NCBI GenBank assembly: GCA_046757165.1
Contig: JBHHXT010000018.1
Span: 1-47,546, forward strand
From: a bacterium
Lineage (GTDB): Bacteria; Zhuqueibacterota; Zhuqueibacteria; Oceanimicrobiales; Oceanimicrobiaceae
Reading direction: 5' to 3'
DNA: 47,546 nt
Shown here: positions 18,482 to 28,869 of the stretch, one piece after another
How positions within the stretch are numbered: the first letter of the stretch is position 1
Layout: each line of letters opens with the position of its first letter
The notes under the pieces: generated by a model
What the model was told of the DNA's origin: nothing
What the model saw: the letters and a program-made list of their open reading frames with translations, nothing else
The model's database searches: none
Translations under genes and position numbers: made by a program

Positions 18482-20464
18482 ATGATTACCAACGCCATCT
18501 TGATTTTGCTGCTGCCGCTCGGCGCCTTCACGGTGCAAATCTTTGTCGGCAAACGATTGCCAAGACAGGGCGACTGGCTTTCAACGGCAGCGATGTTCCT
18601 GGCTTTCTTGCTGGCCCTGCCGATCCTGGCCAATGCGATTTCCACCTACGAGCCGAATCAGATCCTGGCCCAACAAACGTGGCAATGGATGGATTTCGGT
18701 TCCCTGAATATCGTCTTCGGTATTGCGATAGATAATCTCACTGCCATCATGCTATTCGTGGTGACGCTGGTCAGCGCGCTGATTCATCTTTATTCCATCG
18801 GCTACATGCATGGGGACAAGCGTTATAGTCGGTACTTTGCTTATCTCAGTTTGTTTTCCTTCTCGATGCTCGGCCTGGTTCTGGTGGATAACTTTTTCGG
18901 CATCTATATTTTTTGGGAGCTGGTGGGCCTGAGCTCCTATTTGCTCATCGGCTTCTGGTTTGAAAAGGATTCGGCCGCCAACGCCAGCAAGAAGGCCTTC
19001 ATCACCAACAGAGTCGGGGATGTTGGCATGTTCGCCGGCATCATGATTATTTTCTCAATCCTGGGTACGTTCAATTTTGAGCAAATTTTTGAGGGCGTCG
19101 CCGAAGGCCAGCTGGCGGGAACCTGGTTGACCGTGACCGGGATCCTCATTTTCTTCGGGGCTGTCGGCAAGTCGGCGCAATTTCCCCTGCACGTGTGGCT
19201 CCCGGATGCGATGGAAGGTCCGACCCCGGTGAGCGCGCTCATCCATGCCGCCACGATGGTGGCCGCAGGCGTCTACATGGTGGGCAGAGTCTTCTTGCTG
19301 TTTACGGCCGACGCGCTGCTGTTCATCGCAATCATCGGGACGATTACCGCATTCATGGCGGCCACCATCGCCATCGTGCAGAAAGATATCAAACGTGTGC
19401 TGGCTTACTCCACCATTAGCCAGCTCGGGTTCATGATGGTCGGCCTGGGCACGGGCGGATACACGGCAGGCTTGTTTCATTTGACCACCCACGCTTTTTT
19501 CAAAGCACTGCTCTTTTTAGGTTCAGGGAGCGTTATCCATGCTGTGCACTCGCAGGACATGGACGACATGGGGGGACTGCGGAAGAAGATGCCCGTGACG
19601 TTCTGGACCTTTCTGATCGCGACGTTGGCCATTTCTGGCGTGCCGCCGTTTTCCGGCTTCTTTAGCAAAGACGCGATTCTGGCATCCGCTCTCGAGTACG
19701 GCCTGCTTCATTCCACCTACATGTGGATTTTTGTCGTCATGCTGGTGGCCGCGGGCATGACGGCGTTCTATATGTTCAGACTGGTTTATATGACGTTTTT
19801 TGGTGAGCCGCGCGACAAAAAGAAATACGACCATGCGCACGAGTCGCCGCTGGTCATGACCCTCCCGCTTTCGGTTCTGGCGGTCTTATCGGTCGGCACG
19901 ATCTGGTGGGCATGGTTTGAGCACCTGCTTGCCAAACCCGAGCTCTCCGCCTATGGCAGTGTGGCCGCGACAGTGGTGGCGCACCAGGCCGGGCATGAGG
20001 TGGCGCATGTGGCGCATAATATCGCGCTGATGTCATCTATTGGCATCGCAGGGTTGGGCATTTTGTTAGCAACAACCGTTTACTACTGGAAAAAGATCTC
20101 TGCTGAGGCCTGGGGCAACCGGCTGAAGCCCATTTATCGTCTGTTGTGGCACAAGTACTATTTCGATGAGCTTTACCAGGCGACCATCATCAATGTAACT
20201 TTGTGGAAAAGCCGGATGTTCGCGGCTTTTGATTTGAGAGTCATCGATGGCGTCGTCAATGGCGCTGCGCGACTCACCGCCAGACTATCTGGCCTGAATG
20301 GCCGTTTCGACCTTCGAGTCGTCGACGGCCTGGTGAACCTCGTGGCGCGAGTCGTCGCCTTGTTCGGCGCGCAGTTGAGATGTTTGCAGACGGGACAGAT
20401 TCAAACATACATTCTTATGGCCTTGTTTGCGGTCATCATTCTCTTCGTCATTCAGCGGTTCTAA
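18482..20464 (+). CDS. nuoL: NADH-quinone oxidoreductase subunit L
   Basis: FWELVG, GKSAQFPLHVWLPDAMEGPTPVSALIHAATMV, HAFFKALLFL, C-terminal transverse-helix region. Confidence 0.96.
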   Translation: MITNAILILLLPLGAFTVQIFVGKRLPRQGDWLSTAAMFLAFLLALPILANAISTYEPNQILAQQTWQWMDFGSLNIVFGIAIDNLTAIMLFVVTLVSALIHLYSIGYMHGDKRYSRYFAYLSLFSFSMLGLVLVDNFFGIYIFWELVGLSSYLLIGFWFEKDSAANASKKAFITNRVGDVGMFAGIMIIFSILGTFNFEQIFEGVAEGQLAGTWLTVTGILIFFGAVGKSAQFPLHVWLPDAMEGPTPVSALIHAATMVAAGVYMVGRVFLLFTADALLFIAIIGTITAFMAATIAIVQKDIKRVLAYSTISQLGFMMVGLGTGGYTAGLFHLTTHAFFKALLFLGSGSVIHAVHSQDMDDMGGLRKKMPVTFWTFLIATLAISGVPPFSGFFSKDAILASALEYGLLHSTYMWIFVVMLVAAGMTAFYMFRLVYMTFFGEPRDKKKYDHAHESPLVMTLPLSVLAVLSVGTIWWAWFEHLLAKPELSAYGSVAATVVAHQAGHEVAHVAHNIALMSSIGIAGLGILLATTVYYWKKISAEAWGNRLKPIYRLLWHKYYFDELYQATIINVTLWKSRMFAAFDLRVIDGVVNGAARLTARLSGLNGRFDLRVVDGLVNLVARVVALFGAQLRCLQTGQIQTYILMALFAVIILFVIQRF

Positions 20465-20485
20465 TGATTTAAGAAAGGGTGATTA

Positions 20486-22057
20486 ATGAACAACGTATTG
20501 ACCTGGATTACATTCCTGCCCATCATTGGTCTTGTTTTCATCTTGTTTGTCCCGAAGGAGAATAAGAACCTGATCCGGGCACTTGCTGCTGTTTTCACCG
20601 GCTTGCAACTGGCTCTGGCTGTCTGGATCTTCATAAACTTCGACCGGGACACGCCCGCGATCCAGTTTCGCGAGCAGTACGCATGGATCCCCTCCTTCAA
20701 CATCGATTATTTTATGGGCATCGATGGTTTGAGCGTGCCCATGGTGCTGCTGACGGCATTTTTGTCGTTCCTGTGTATTTTTGCCTCCTGGCGAATTGAG
20801 AAAAGCGTGAAAGGCTACTTCGCGATGTTTCTGCTGCTCGACGCTGGCATGATGGGCGTTTTCTGTGCGCTTGATTTCTTCTTATTCTATGTCTTCTGGG
20901 AAGTGATGCTGCTGCCGATGTATTTTCTCATCGGCATCTGGGGCAGTCCCGCGCGCACTGATCCGGATGGCATGGTCAGAGGAGGGCCGTACGCTGCCAT
21001 CAAGTTTTTTCTCTATACTCTCTTTGGCAGCGTGTTCATGCTCATCGTCATGCTGGTGTTCTACTTCAATGTTACGGACCCGAACACGGGAGAGCACACG
21101 TTCAACATGCTGCACATTATGAACCAGGCGAACCATGGCGGTGTGCTCACCAATTTCGATGTCCGGCTGCTGTTGTATGCCGCGCTTTTCATCGGCTTCG
21201 CCATCAAAGTGCCCGTTTTTCCATTCCATACCTGGCTTCCGGACGCACATGTCGAGGCGCCGACAGCCATCAGCGTGATTCTGGCCGGCGTCCTGTTGAA
21301 GATGGGAACCTATGGCATGTTGCGCATCAGCTTCCCCATGCTGCCTGACGCCATGAAGTGGTCCTACTTCGCTTACGGCATGGCCGTCCTGGGCCTGATC
21401 AATATTTTGTACGGGGCCTTCTGTGCCATGGCGCAGACAGACTTGAAGAAGCTGGTGGCGTATTCCAGTATCAGCCATATGGGCATCGTCCTGCTCGGCA
21501 TGTCCGGCCTGACCTCGCTTGGGATGAACGGCGCGGTGATGCAGATGTTCAACCATGGCACCGGCACGGCCATGCTCTTCCTTCTGGTCGGCGTCATTTA
21601 TGACCGGGCACACCACCGACAGGTCGATGGCTTTGGTGGTCTGGCCGTGCGCATGCCCATCTACGCCGCGGTTGTGAGTCTGGCCTTCTTTGCCGGACTG
21701 GGACTGCCCGGACTTTCAAGCTTCATCAGCGAAGCGTTCTCATTTCTGGGTGCGTTCGGCTCCGATTTGATCGATTTGCGTGCCATCACGGTGATTTCAA
21801 CCGTGGGCATCATCATCACCGCAGGCTACTTTTTGTGGACTTTCCAAAGGATGTTCCTCGGAGAGTTAAATCCGAAATATGCTGATTTGCCGGAAATCAA
21901 TGGCCGTGAGCTCTTTACTCTGGTGCCGATAGGTGCTATCGTGGTCTTGCTTGGCGTCTATCCAGCGCCGCTGCTGGATTTGGTAAGCACTTCCCTGAAC
22001 CGGTTGGTCGAAGTGGTCACAATGGCCAATGCGCCAACCTTGTTGGGTCTACAATAG
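20486..22057 (+). CDS. nuoM: NADH-quinone oxidoreductase subunit M
   Basis: FYVFWEVMLLPMY, KVPVFPFHTWLPDAHVEAPT, LLKMG, AYSSISHMG, GLPG.SSFISE. Confidence 0.96.
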   Translation: MNNVLTWITFLPIIGLVFILFVPKENKNLIRALAAVFTGLQLALAVWIFINFDRDTPAIQFREQYAWIPSFNIDYFMGIDGLSVPMVLLTAFLSFLCIFASWRIEKSVKGYFAMFLLLDAGMMGVFCALDFFLFYVFWEVMLLPMYFLIGIWGSPARTDPDGMVRGGPYAAIKFFLYTLFGSVFMLIVMLVFYFNVTDPNTGEHTFNMLHIMNQANHGGVLTNFDVRLLLYAALFIGFAIKVPVFPFHTWLPDAHVEAPTAISVILAGVLLKMGTYGMLRISFPMLPDAMKWSYFAYGMAVLGLINILYGAFCAMAQTDLKKLVAYSSISHMGIVLLGMSGLTSLGMNGAVMQMFNHGTGTAMLFLLVGVIYDRAHHRQVDGFGGLAVRMPIYAAVVSLAFFAGLGLPGLSSFISEAFSFLGAFGSDLIDLRAITVISTVGIIITAGYFLWTFQRMFLGELNPKYADLPEINGRELFTLVPIGAIVVLLGVYPAPLLDLVSTSLNRLVEVVTMANAPTLLGLQ

Positions 22058-22080
22058 AAGCATCAGGAGAAAGCACCATT

Positions 22081-23592
22081 ATGGATTATTCTTCAATCAT
22101 ACAGGACAATCTCAACAGTCTCACTTACTTTGTCCCCGAACTGCTGTTGACCGGGCTCATCGTGTTGATGGTTATCGCCGACCTCATTTTGAAGCAGAAA
22201 AGGTCACCCTGGCTGTCGATAATGGCCCTGGCGGGTTCAGTGATTGTCCTCGTTTCTGTTTTCGCACAATATGATTTAGGCAGCCGTTCCATTTTCGGTG
22301 ACATGCTGGTCGTGGACCCGTTTTCTTTGTTCTTCAAGTTGTTGTTTCTGGCCTCCACCATCATGGTGGTTTTTCTCTCTATCGGCTCCATCGAGCTGTC
22401 TGGTCGACCGGTTGGCGAATATTTTGTTTTGCTCATGACGTTGACCCTGGGCATGTTTTTCATGGCCTCTGCGACGAATCTGCTGACAATTTTTCTTTCA
22501 ATCGAGTTTGTGAGTATTATTTCGTTTGTTTTGGCGGCCTATTTGAAGACGAGAAGGCGGTCGAGCGAGGCCGGGTTGAAATATGCGATTTATGGTGCCT
22601 TTTCTTCTGGTTTGATGCTCTACGGTATCTCGTTGCTTTACGGGTTGACCGGGACGTTGAATCTCTATGAGATTGGTGAGGTCCTGGCTGGACGGGATAC
22701 GCATGGCGTTGCGCTGCTGCTTTCCGTCATTCTGATGTTGGCAGGCTTCGGATACAAAATCGCCTCCGTGCCGTTTCACTTCTGGTCGCCAGATGTTTAC
22801 GAAGGCGCGCCGACCCCGATCACGGCGTTTCTTTCCGTCGGGCCGAAAGCCGCCGGCTTTGCCATGGTGATTCGCTTTTTCAATGTTGCCCTGACCGGTG
22901 GCGGAGCAAATGGCAGCTCCACCGAGTGGTTGTCTCTTGCGGGTCTGGATTGGCCGATCATCCTTGCCGGGATTTCGGCTGCCACGATGACGCTGGGGAA
23001 CCTGGTGGCCATTGTGCAGAATAACATCAAGCGGTTGCTGGCGTATTCCAGCATTGCCCACGCTGGCTACGCCCTCATGGGCACCGTTTTGCTGTCCGAC
23101 CAGGGCGTTTCTGCGACCATGTTTTATCTGGTTGTCTACTATTTGATGAACTTGGGGGCTTTTCTGGTTGTGATCATTTTTCAGGATGTCGTGGGCAGCG
23201 AAAGTATTGAAGATTACAAGGGGTTGGCCTTCCGGGCTCCGGTGGCAGCGGTGGCGATGGGCGTTTTTCTGTTTTCCTTGACCGGACTGCCTCCAACTGC
23301 CGGCTTCATCGGCAAGATCTATCTTTTTGCGGCGGTCATCAAGGGCAAATTTTATTGGCTGGCCATGGTGGCGCTGCTGAACAGCGTCGTCGCGCTGTAT
23401 TATTATGCTCGTGTCTTGAGGGCCATGTTTTTTGAAAAGGCCACAGAGGAAAAGGCTGTTAGTATCAAGATCTCCTCGTACTATGTCACGCTGCTGGCAG
23501 TCCTCGTTATCCCCACCCTCATTCTTGGTGTTTATTGGACGCCATTAGCCGAGCTGGCAGATCATTCTGTTGAATTTTTGCGCGCTCTTTAA
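22081..23592 (+). CDS. nuoN: NADH-quinone oxidoreductase subunit N
   Basis: EAGLKY, KIASVPFHFWSPDVYEGAPTP, KRLLAYSSIAHAGY, GLPPTAGFIGK. Confidence 0.96.
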   Translation: MDYSSIIQDNLNSLTYFVPELLLTGLIVLMVIADLILKQKRSPWLSIMALAGSVIVLVSVFAQYDLGSRSIFGDMLVVDPFSLFFKLLFLASTIMVVFLSIGSIELSGRPVGEYFVLLMTLTLGMFFMASATNLLTIFLSIEFVSIISFVLAAYLKTRRRSSEAGLKYAIYGAFSSGLMLYGISLLYGLTGTLNLYEIGEVLAGRDTHGVALLLSVILMLAGFGYKIASVPFHFWSPDVYEGAPTPITAFLSVGPKAAGFAMVIRFFNVALTGGGANGSSTEWLSLAGLDWPIILAGISAATMTLGNLVAIVQNNIKRLLAYSSIAHAGYALMGTVLLSDQGVSATMFYLVVYYLMNLGAFLVVIIFQDVVGSESIEDYKGLAFRAPVAAVAMGVFLFSLTGLPPTAGFIGKIYLFAAVIKGKFYWLAMVALLNSVVALYYYARVLRAMFFEKATEEKAVSIKISSYYVTLLAVLVIPTLILGVYWTPLAELADHSVEFLRAL

Positions 23593-23683
23593 CATTTCTT
23601 AACTGGAATATTTGCTCATTTGTTTGTAGTTTAAGGTTATGTTCCCGTTGTCAATTTCGTTTCCAAGGTTCAGTGACGGATAA

Positions 23684-25168
23684 ATGAAGAAGCACGCACA
23701 GCATACCCTGAGAACGACACTCCTAAGCTTTCTGGCCCTGGTCTCCGGCTATCTATTCTTGAGCGCCATCAGCAGCAAAAGGTACGACACGAAGCTGAAC
23801 ATTCGCATCTTCACCCCGACGCCGGCAGATTCACTCCGGTTGAGGAGGTTACATCTGAAGGATGTTCTTGCAAGGCATGGCGGCAGATACATCGACGCAG
23901 CGGTCTCTGAGCAGGAGTATCACGCCATCAAAAGCAAGGGCTTCGCCGTTCGCCAGATTTCTCCGGTCACGACAAATCCTGCTATCCCGGCCGCTTACAT
24001 GCCGCTCGAGACCATTGAGGATGAGGTGAGCCGGTTGCGGCGCCAATATCCCGGGTTGTGCCATGTGGAGAGGATTGGCGTCTCTACCAGTTCTCGTCTG
24101 CCCATTTGGGGCATAAAGATTTCTGACAATGCCTCCCAAAAGGAGGATGAGCCCCGAATCCTTTTCGCCGGTGTCCATCACGCTCGTGAGCCCATCGGGG
24201 CCAACATCTGCCTGAAGTTGATGGATACGCTGTTGAGAAAATACGGGCGTGATAAACGCGTGACCCGCTGGGTCGATTCTATCGAGATCTGGTTTGTGCC
24301 TGTGGTCAACCCGGATGGTTACAAATACATGTTCGATCATAATCTCAGATTTCCCTGGTGGCGCAAGAACTTGAGGGATAATGATGGCGACCGTGTTTTC
24401 AACCCGCTCTTCGACGGTGTAGATTTGAATAGAAACTATGATTTCAACTGGACGGAGGGCGGAGACGGCAAGCCCAGTAGTTGGTTTTATCGAGGGGGCA
24501 GACCCTTCTCCGAGAATGAGACGCGTGCCATCATGCAACTGTCCTTGCGAGAAAATTTCGCTATCGGAATTTCATATCATAGCTACGGAGAGTCCATCCT
24601 CTTTCCCTGGGGCAATTATAAGCGGCCTCCTGATCTGGACCTTATCGTGGATATCGCCAGCAAGATGGCCTCCAGGATCAAGCGTCAATCCGGGCACGGC
24701 AACTACTCCATTTTGCCGTTGAATGGCCGGGTCGGGCAGAGTTCAGTTTGGATGTACGGGCATCTGAAAGTCATCGACTACATCGTAGAAGTCGGAACCG
24801 AGTATTTTCCTGCCGACGCGCATGTGCCGTTTATTTTGAAAGAGAACACCAAAGGCGCGTTCTATCTTTTTGACCGTCTTCTCGAAACCGGCATCAAAGG
24901 CCACGTATTTGATCGCCACACTCGGCGGCCGCTGCTCGCCGATATCAGGATTCGCAGATTCACAGCCAAGTATGTCAATCCGAGACGGACGGACGCCGAT
25001 ACGGGTAGCTTTTACAGACTGGTGAACCCGGGCGAGTACACAGTTGAAATCAGCAGCCGCGGGTACCACCCAAAAACATTTTATCGCGTGAGAGTGCGTA
25101 AGAATCAATTTGTGGCGATGGAGATCGGCCTGGTTCGGAAGGATAAATATTCAAATGGCAGGAATTGA
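23684..25168 (+). CDS. M14 zinc carboxypeptidase (carboxypeptidase T-like) with C-terminal regulatory-like domain
   Basis: HAREP, PVVNPDG, WRKN, GVDLNRNY, PFSENET, SYHSYG, catalytic Glu in IVEVG; N-terminal signal or anchor. Confidence 0.9.
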   Translation: MKKHAQHTLRTTLLSFLALVSGYLFLSAISSKRYDTKLNIRIFTPTPADSLRLRRLHLKDVLARHGGRYIDAAVSEQEYHAIKSKGFAVRQISPVTTNPAIPAAYMPLETIEDEVSRLRRQYPGLCHVERIGVSTSSRLPIWGIKISDNASQKEDEPRILFAGVHHAREPIGANICLKLMDTLLRKYGRDKRVTRWVDSIEIWFVPVVNPDGYKYMFDHNLRFPWWRKNLRDNDGDRVFNPLFDGVDLNRNYDFNWTEGGDGKPSSWFYRGGRPFSENETRAIMQLSLRENFAIGISYHSYGESILFPWGNYKRPPDLDLIVDIASKMASRIKRQSGHGNYSILPLNGRVGQSSVWMYGHLKVIDYIVEVGTEYFPADAHVPFILKENTKGAFYLFDRLLETGIKGHVFDRHTRRPLLADIRIRRFTAKYVNPRRTDADTGSFYRLVNPGEYTVEISSRGYHPKTFYRVRVRKNQFVAMEIGLVRKDKYSNGRN

Positions 25169-25172
25169 TTGC

Positions 25173-26444
25173 TCAATTCTCTGCCGACGCTCGAGCCCCG
25201 CATGGCTTACCATCTAACTTTCCTACAAGCCGCCGCAGGCGGTACTCCAGATCTGCTTTGTAGACCGTCCAATGTTGGAGTTTTCTGATCGTCTCGAGAA
25301 CTTCGAGTTCTGTCAGCGCTTTAGCGACCAACGTTTTCGCTTGCAGGTAATTCCTTACACGGTGTTCATAGTGCTTCGCCAGCTCGATGTAGGGCAGCGG
25401 ATGATAGCGTTCGCGGTCAAGGCATCGATGCCACACCCTGGCCGCCTCATGCCAGTTATTCATTCTCTTGTGATTGAGCGCGAGTCTGAAAAGGAGGTCG
25501 CGCCGACTCACGCCGTCCGGACTTTGGGCCAGGACGTGCTCGTACAATTCGTTGGACTCCCGGTAGCGCTCACACTGTTCAAATATCCGCCCGACTTTCA
25601 AGGCATCCAATGAGTCATGGCACATTTGACGTGGACTTTGAACCACTCGACTCACCTGTATTGACAGGGCGACCATAGAGAGGATATCTTGCTGATTGTG
25701 ATAAAGCACCGGTTTCATGGTCGCGAAGTCCCGTCTTCTCAGGTAGTCGAAATATTTGCCGGGAATCAGATGGCCGGGAATGTCGCCGTGCCGGCTGACC
25801 CCGAGCACGGCTGCCTCTGCTGTTTGCAGGGAGCAGTTTGGCAGACGATGACTCCAGAGCTTTCGAACAGCGTGCAGCAAGTCGAGATGCAAAATGTCCG
25901 GGAACGGCGACCGCGTGCCGAGGTAGATATTTCTTGAATTGAGCAATGGAATGTCATAGGACTTGCCGTTGTAACTTACGATCGATTCAAACCGTTGCAC
26001 CAGTTGATTGAGCTCGTGAAACAGGGCCGCTTCCTCGTTGAAATCGTTCATGAAATATTGGTGCAGGCAAAAGCCAGTATCGGCAAAGTAGCCCGCTCCG
26101 ATCAGGAAGGCACACGTTCCGGCGCCGCCAGAGAGCCCCGTGGTCTCGGAATCGACGAACAGTGTTTTTTTGATGTCAATCTTGCTGAGTTCAGGCGTAT
26201 TGCTGACCAGCGCCAGCACTTCGGGAGGAGTCTCGAGAAACGAAGCAAGGGGAATGGTTCCTTGCCTGAAATCAAGTGCATACGTTTTTTCAAAACGAGA
26301 AAAGGACCCCACGGGGGTTTCAACCGTGTCGCCACTCGGCTGCGAAAACAGGGCTGTATTCGGTTCCGTGGAAACTCGGTGATTGACAACCCTCTTATTG
26401 CGAGGCAGGGACTCCAGCAGCCGTAGCTTGTCTCTGATATCCAT
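25173..26444 (-). CDS. YprB/MrfB-like RNase H-fold (DEDD) exonuclease with C-terminal TPRs
   Basis: FVDSETTGL, SYNGKSYDIP, HLDLLH, YHNQQDILS; C-terminal helical repeats (YIELAKHYEH). Confidence 0.85.
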   Translation of the reverse strand: MDIRDKLRLLESLPRNKRVVNHRVSTEPNTALFSQPSGDTVETPVGSFSRFEKTYALDFRQGTIPLASFLETPPEVLALVSNTPELSKIDIKKTLFVDSETTGLSGGAGTCAFLIGAGYFADTGFCLHQYFMNDFNEEAALFHELNQLVQRFESIVSYNGKSYDIPLLNSRNIYLGTRSPFPDILHLDLLHAVRKLWSHRLPNCSLQTAEAAVLGVSRHGDIPGHLIPGKYFDYLRRRDFATMKPVLYHNQQDILSMVALSIQVSRVVQSPRQMCHDSLDALKVGRIFEQCERYRESNELYEHVLAQSPDGVSRRDLLFRLALNHKRMNNWHEAARVWHRCLDRERYHPLPYIELAKHYEHRVRNYLQAKTLVAKALTELEVLETIRKLQHWTVYKADLEYRLRRLVGKLDGKPCGARASAEN

Positions 26445-26451
26445 GCACTCG

Positions 26452-27195
26452 TTACTTGCTGTCTGGCATGAAGTGCTTCAGCAGGTCGATCGGCAACGGG
26501 AAAATGATGGTGGAATTATTCTCCGCAGCGACTTCGGTCAAGGTTTGTAAAAAACGCAACTGCAAGGCTTGCGGAAACTCACGGATGACTTCGGCGGCAT
26601 CTCTGAGTTTTTGCGAAGCCTCGAATTCACCTTGAGCATGGATAATCTTCGCTCGTCTTTCTCTCTCGGCCTCGGCCTGCTTTGCCAGGGCGCGCTGCAT
26701 CTCTTGCGGTAAGTCCACATGCTTGATTTCCACCAGGGTCACCTTGATGCCCCACGGATCGCTGTGACTATCGATGATTTCCTGCAAGCTGTTGTTGATT
26801 TTCTCTCTTTCAGAGAGCATTTCATCGAGCTCAGCTCCCCCGAGAACGCTGCGAAGCGTGGTTTGGGCCAGCTGTGAGGTCGCATACAAATAGTCTTCGA
26901 CCTCGGTGATCGCCTTGGACGGGTCCATGACTCTGAAATACAGCACAGCGTTGACCTTGACCGAAACGTTGTCTTTGGTAATCACGTCCTGGGACGGCAC
27001 GTCCATCGCGACAGTGCGCAAGCTAACTTTGACCATCCGGTCGACAAATGGAATGAGAAGGATGAACCCCGGCCCCTTGGAGCCAACCAGACGACCCAAT
27101 CGAAAGATAACGCCTCGCTCGTACTCTCGTAGAATCTTGATGGCGCTGGCCAATGTCATCAAGACGAGCACAATTATGACAAATAAGAATGGCAT
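26452..27195 (-). CDS. Slipin / SPFH (stomatin-like) membrane protein
   Basis: [53 protein letters not shown]. Confidence 0.93.
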   Translation of the reverse strand: MPFLFVIIVLVLMTLASAIKILREYERGVIFRLGRLVGSKGPGFILLIPFVDRMVKVSLRTVAMDVPSQDVITKDNVSVKVNAVLYFRVMDPSKAITEVEDYLYATSQLAQTTLRSVLGGAELDEMLSEREKINNSLQEIIDSHSDPWGIKVTLVEIKHVDLPQEMQRALAKQAEAERERRAKIIHAQGEFEASQKLRDAAEVIREFPQALQLRFLQTLTEVAAENNSTIIFPLPIDLLKHFMPDSK

Positions 27196-27296
27196 GGAAT
27201 CCCTCCTTGTTTTCTGATTGTATGATAGTGTCCAGGTGACATGCCACCTGAATTCACCAGAGCACTGGAATCCTTAACGCCCCGTGCCGGTGACAC

Positions 27297-28628
27297 TCAA
27301 ATCCTTTCAACCTTCAAGCACAGGCTGTTTACTTGCACAACCTTGATTTTTTCCCCCTGCTTGATCAGCCCGTCGCAGTAGGCCTTCCAGATTTCGCCAT
27401 GAACCTTGACGGTGCCCTCCGGGGCGAGTTTGGTTTGCGCAATGCCCAACTCGCCAATCAGACCCTCAGAGCCGGTGGTCACCTGGCGGCGGTGCGTTTT
27501 TAGGGCAAGTGTGAAGGCGAAGATGAAGAATGCTGCTGTCAAAACAACCATTGTGATGATTAGTTTTAGTGAGACCGCCAATGCCGGAGCAAAGTTGTCC
27601 GGCGGTTGTTCGAACAGCATGAGCGAGCCGAGCACCATAGCGAGAACCCCTCCGATGGTTAGTAAACCGTAACTCACTATTTTTACTTCGAGAATAAAGA
27701 GAATCAGCGCGAGCAGTATGAGCAGCAATCCGGCGTAGTTCACCGGCAGTGTCTGCAACGCAAAGAGTGCCAGGATCAGGAAGATGGCGCCGACCACGCC
27801 CGGGAAAATGGTGCCGGGATTGGATAATTCAAAGAACAAGCCGTAGATACCCAACATCATCAGGATGTACGCGATGTTCGGATTGGATATTTTCTCGAGA
27901 ATTCTGTAGCGCAGGTTCATCTCGCGGGTCACAATGCGGGCATTCTTTGTCTCGAGCCTGTAGTTGCCCGATGCCACTTCAACTTCCTGCGCGTCAATTT
28001 GGATGAGCAGGCTGTCGACAGAAGGAGAGATGAAGTTGATGACGTTGAGCTCGAGAGCTTCTTTTTCAGTAATCGACACCGCTTCACGCACGGCTTTTTC
28101 AGCCCACTCTGCGTTGCGGCCTCTTTTTTCAGCAAGCGTTTTGACCTGTGCGACTGCATCGTTGGTGATTTTGTGGCTCATGGCCGAGGTCGTGTCGCTG
28201 GCACCGCCGATGTTGACCGGCGTAGCTGCTCCGATGTTTGTGCTGGGCGCCATGGCGACTAAGTGCGCGGCATAACTGATGAAAACCCCGGCCGAAGCTG
28301 CGCGGGCACCTTGCGGAAAAACATAAACAATCACGGGGATGTTAGCCGCCAGGAAGCTTTTGGTGATTTGCCGGGTGGACTCCAGCAGGCCGCCAGGTGT
28401 ATCGAGCTCGACAATAAGGCAATGCGCATTTTCCTCTTCAGCTCTTCCCAGCGACTTGGTGATAAACTCGGCTGAGACGGGACTGATGATACTCTCGACT
28501 TTGATGACGTGCACGACTGGCTGGTCGCTGGTCTGCGATAGCAAACCGCCATTCCCCAAAAGCGAGAAAAAAGCGACGAGTACGAAGTGGCGAGAAAGTT
28601 TACGACAGCTTTTCATCTGAAATTTCAA
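27297..28628 (-). CDS. nfeD: NfeD family membrane-bound ClpP-class serine protease
   Basis: LDTPGG, ARAASAG, MAPSTNIGAA, RGRNAEWA, TM region, C-terminal OB domain (GTVKVHGEIW); adjacent to the slipin gene. Confidence 0.9.
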   Translation of the reverse strand: MKFQMKSCRKLSRHFVLVAFFSLLGNGGLLSQTSDQPVVHVIKVESIISPVSAEFITKSLGRAEEENAHCLIVELDTPGGLLESTRQITKSFLAANIPVIVYVFPQGARAASAGVFISYAAHLVAMAPSTNIGAATPVNIGGASDTTSAMSHKITNDAVAQVKTLAEKRGRNAEWAEKAVREAVSITEKEALELNVINFISPSVDSLLIQIDAQEVEVASGNYRLETKNARIVTREMNLRYRILEKISNPNIAYILMMLGIYGLFFELSNPGTIFPGVVGAIFLILALFALQTLPVNYAGLLLILLALILFILEVKIVSYGLLTIGGVLAMVLGSLMLFEQPPDNFAPALAVSLKLIITMVVLTAAFFIFAFTLALKTHRRQVTTGSEGLIGELGIAQTKLAPEGTVKVHGEIWKAYCDGLIKQGEKIKVVQVNSLCLKVERI

Positions 28629-28635
28629 GGGAAAA

Positions 28636-28860
28636 TTATTTTCGTGTTATCAAATACAAAATGAGCGACAAGACGATGCTGAGCAATATTGAGGTCGAAA
28701 TTGGAAAGTAGAACGTATAGTTCTTCTTTTGCACCAAAATGTCGCCCGGCAGTTTGCCCAGGAACGGGATATTCTTAAAGAAAATGAAAAAGCAGCCCAG
28801 CCCCAGAAATACGATGCCGAGCAAGAGAAACAATTTTCCAAACGAGTCAAAGTTCATCAT
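28636..28860 (-). CDS. DUF2905-family small membrane protein
   Basis: LGKLPGDI...FYFPISTSILLS between two hydrophobic helices. Confidence 0.85.
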   Translation of the reverse strand: MMNFDSFGKLFLLLGIVFLGLGCFFIFFKNIPFLGKLPGDILVQKKNYTFYFPISTSILLSIVLSLILYLITRK

Positions 28861-28869
28861 CAGCCGAGT

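Noticed and set aside
18482..23592. Mrp Na+/H+ antiporter interpretation of the antiporter-like genes
   Set aside because: NuoA, NuoH and NuoJ are present, MrpE/F/G are absent, and the motifs match NuoL/M/N.
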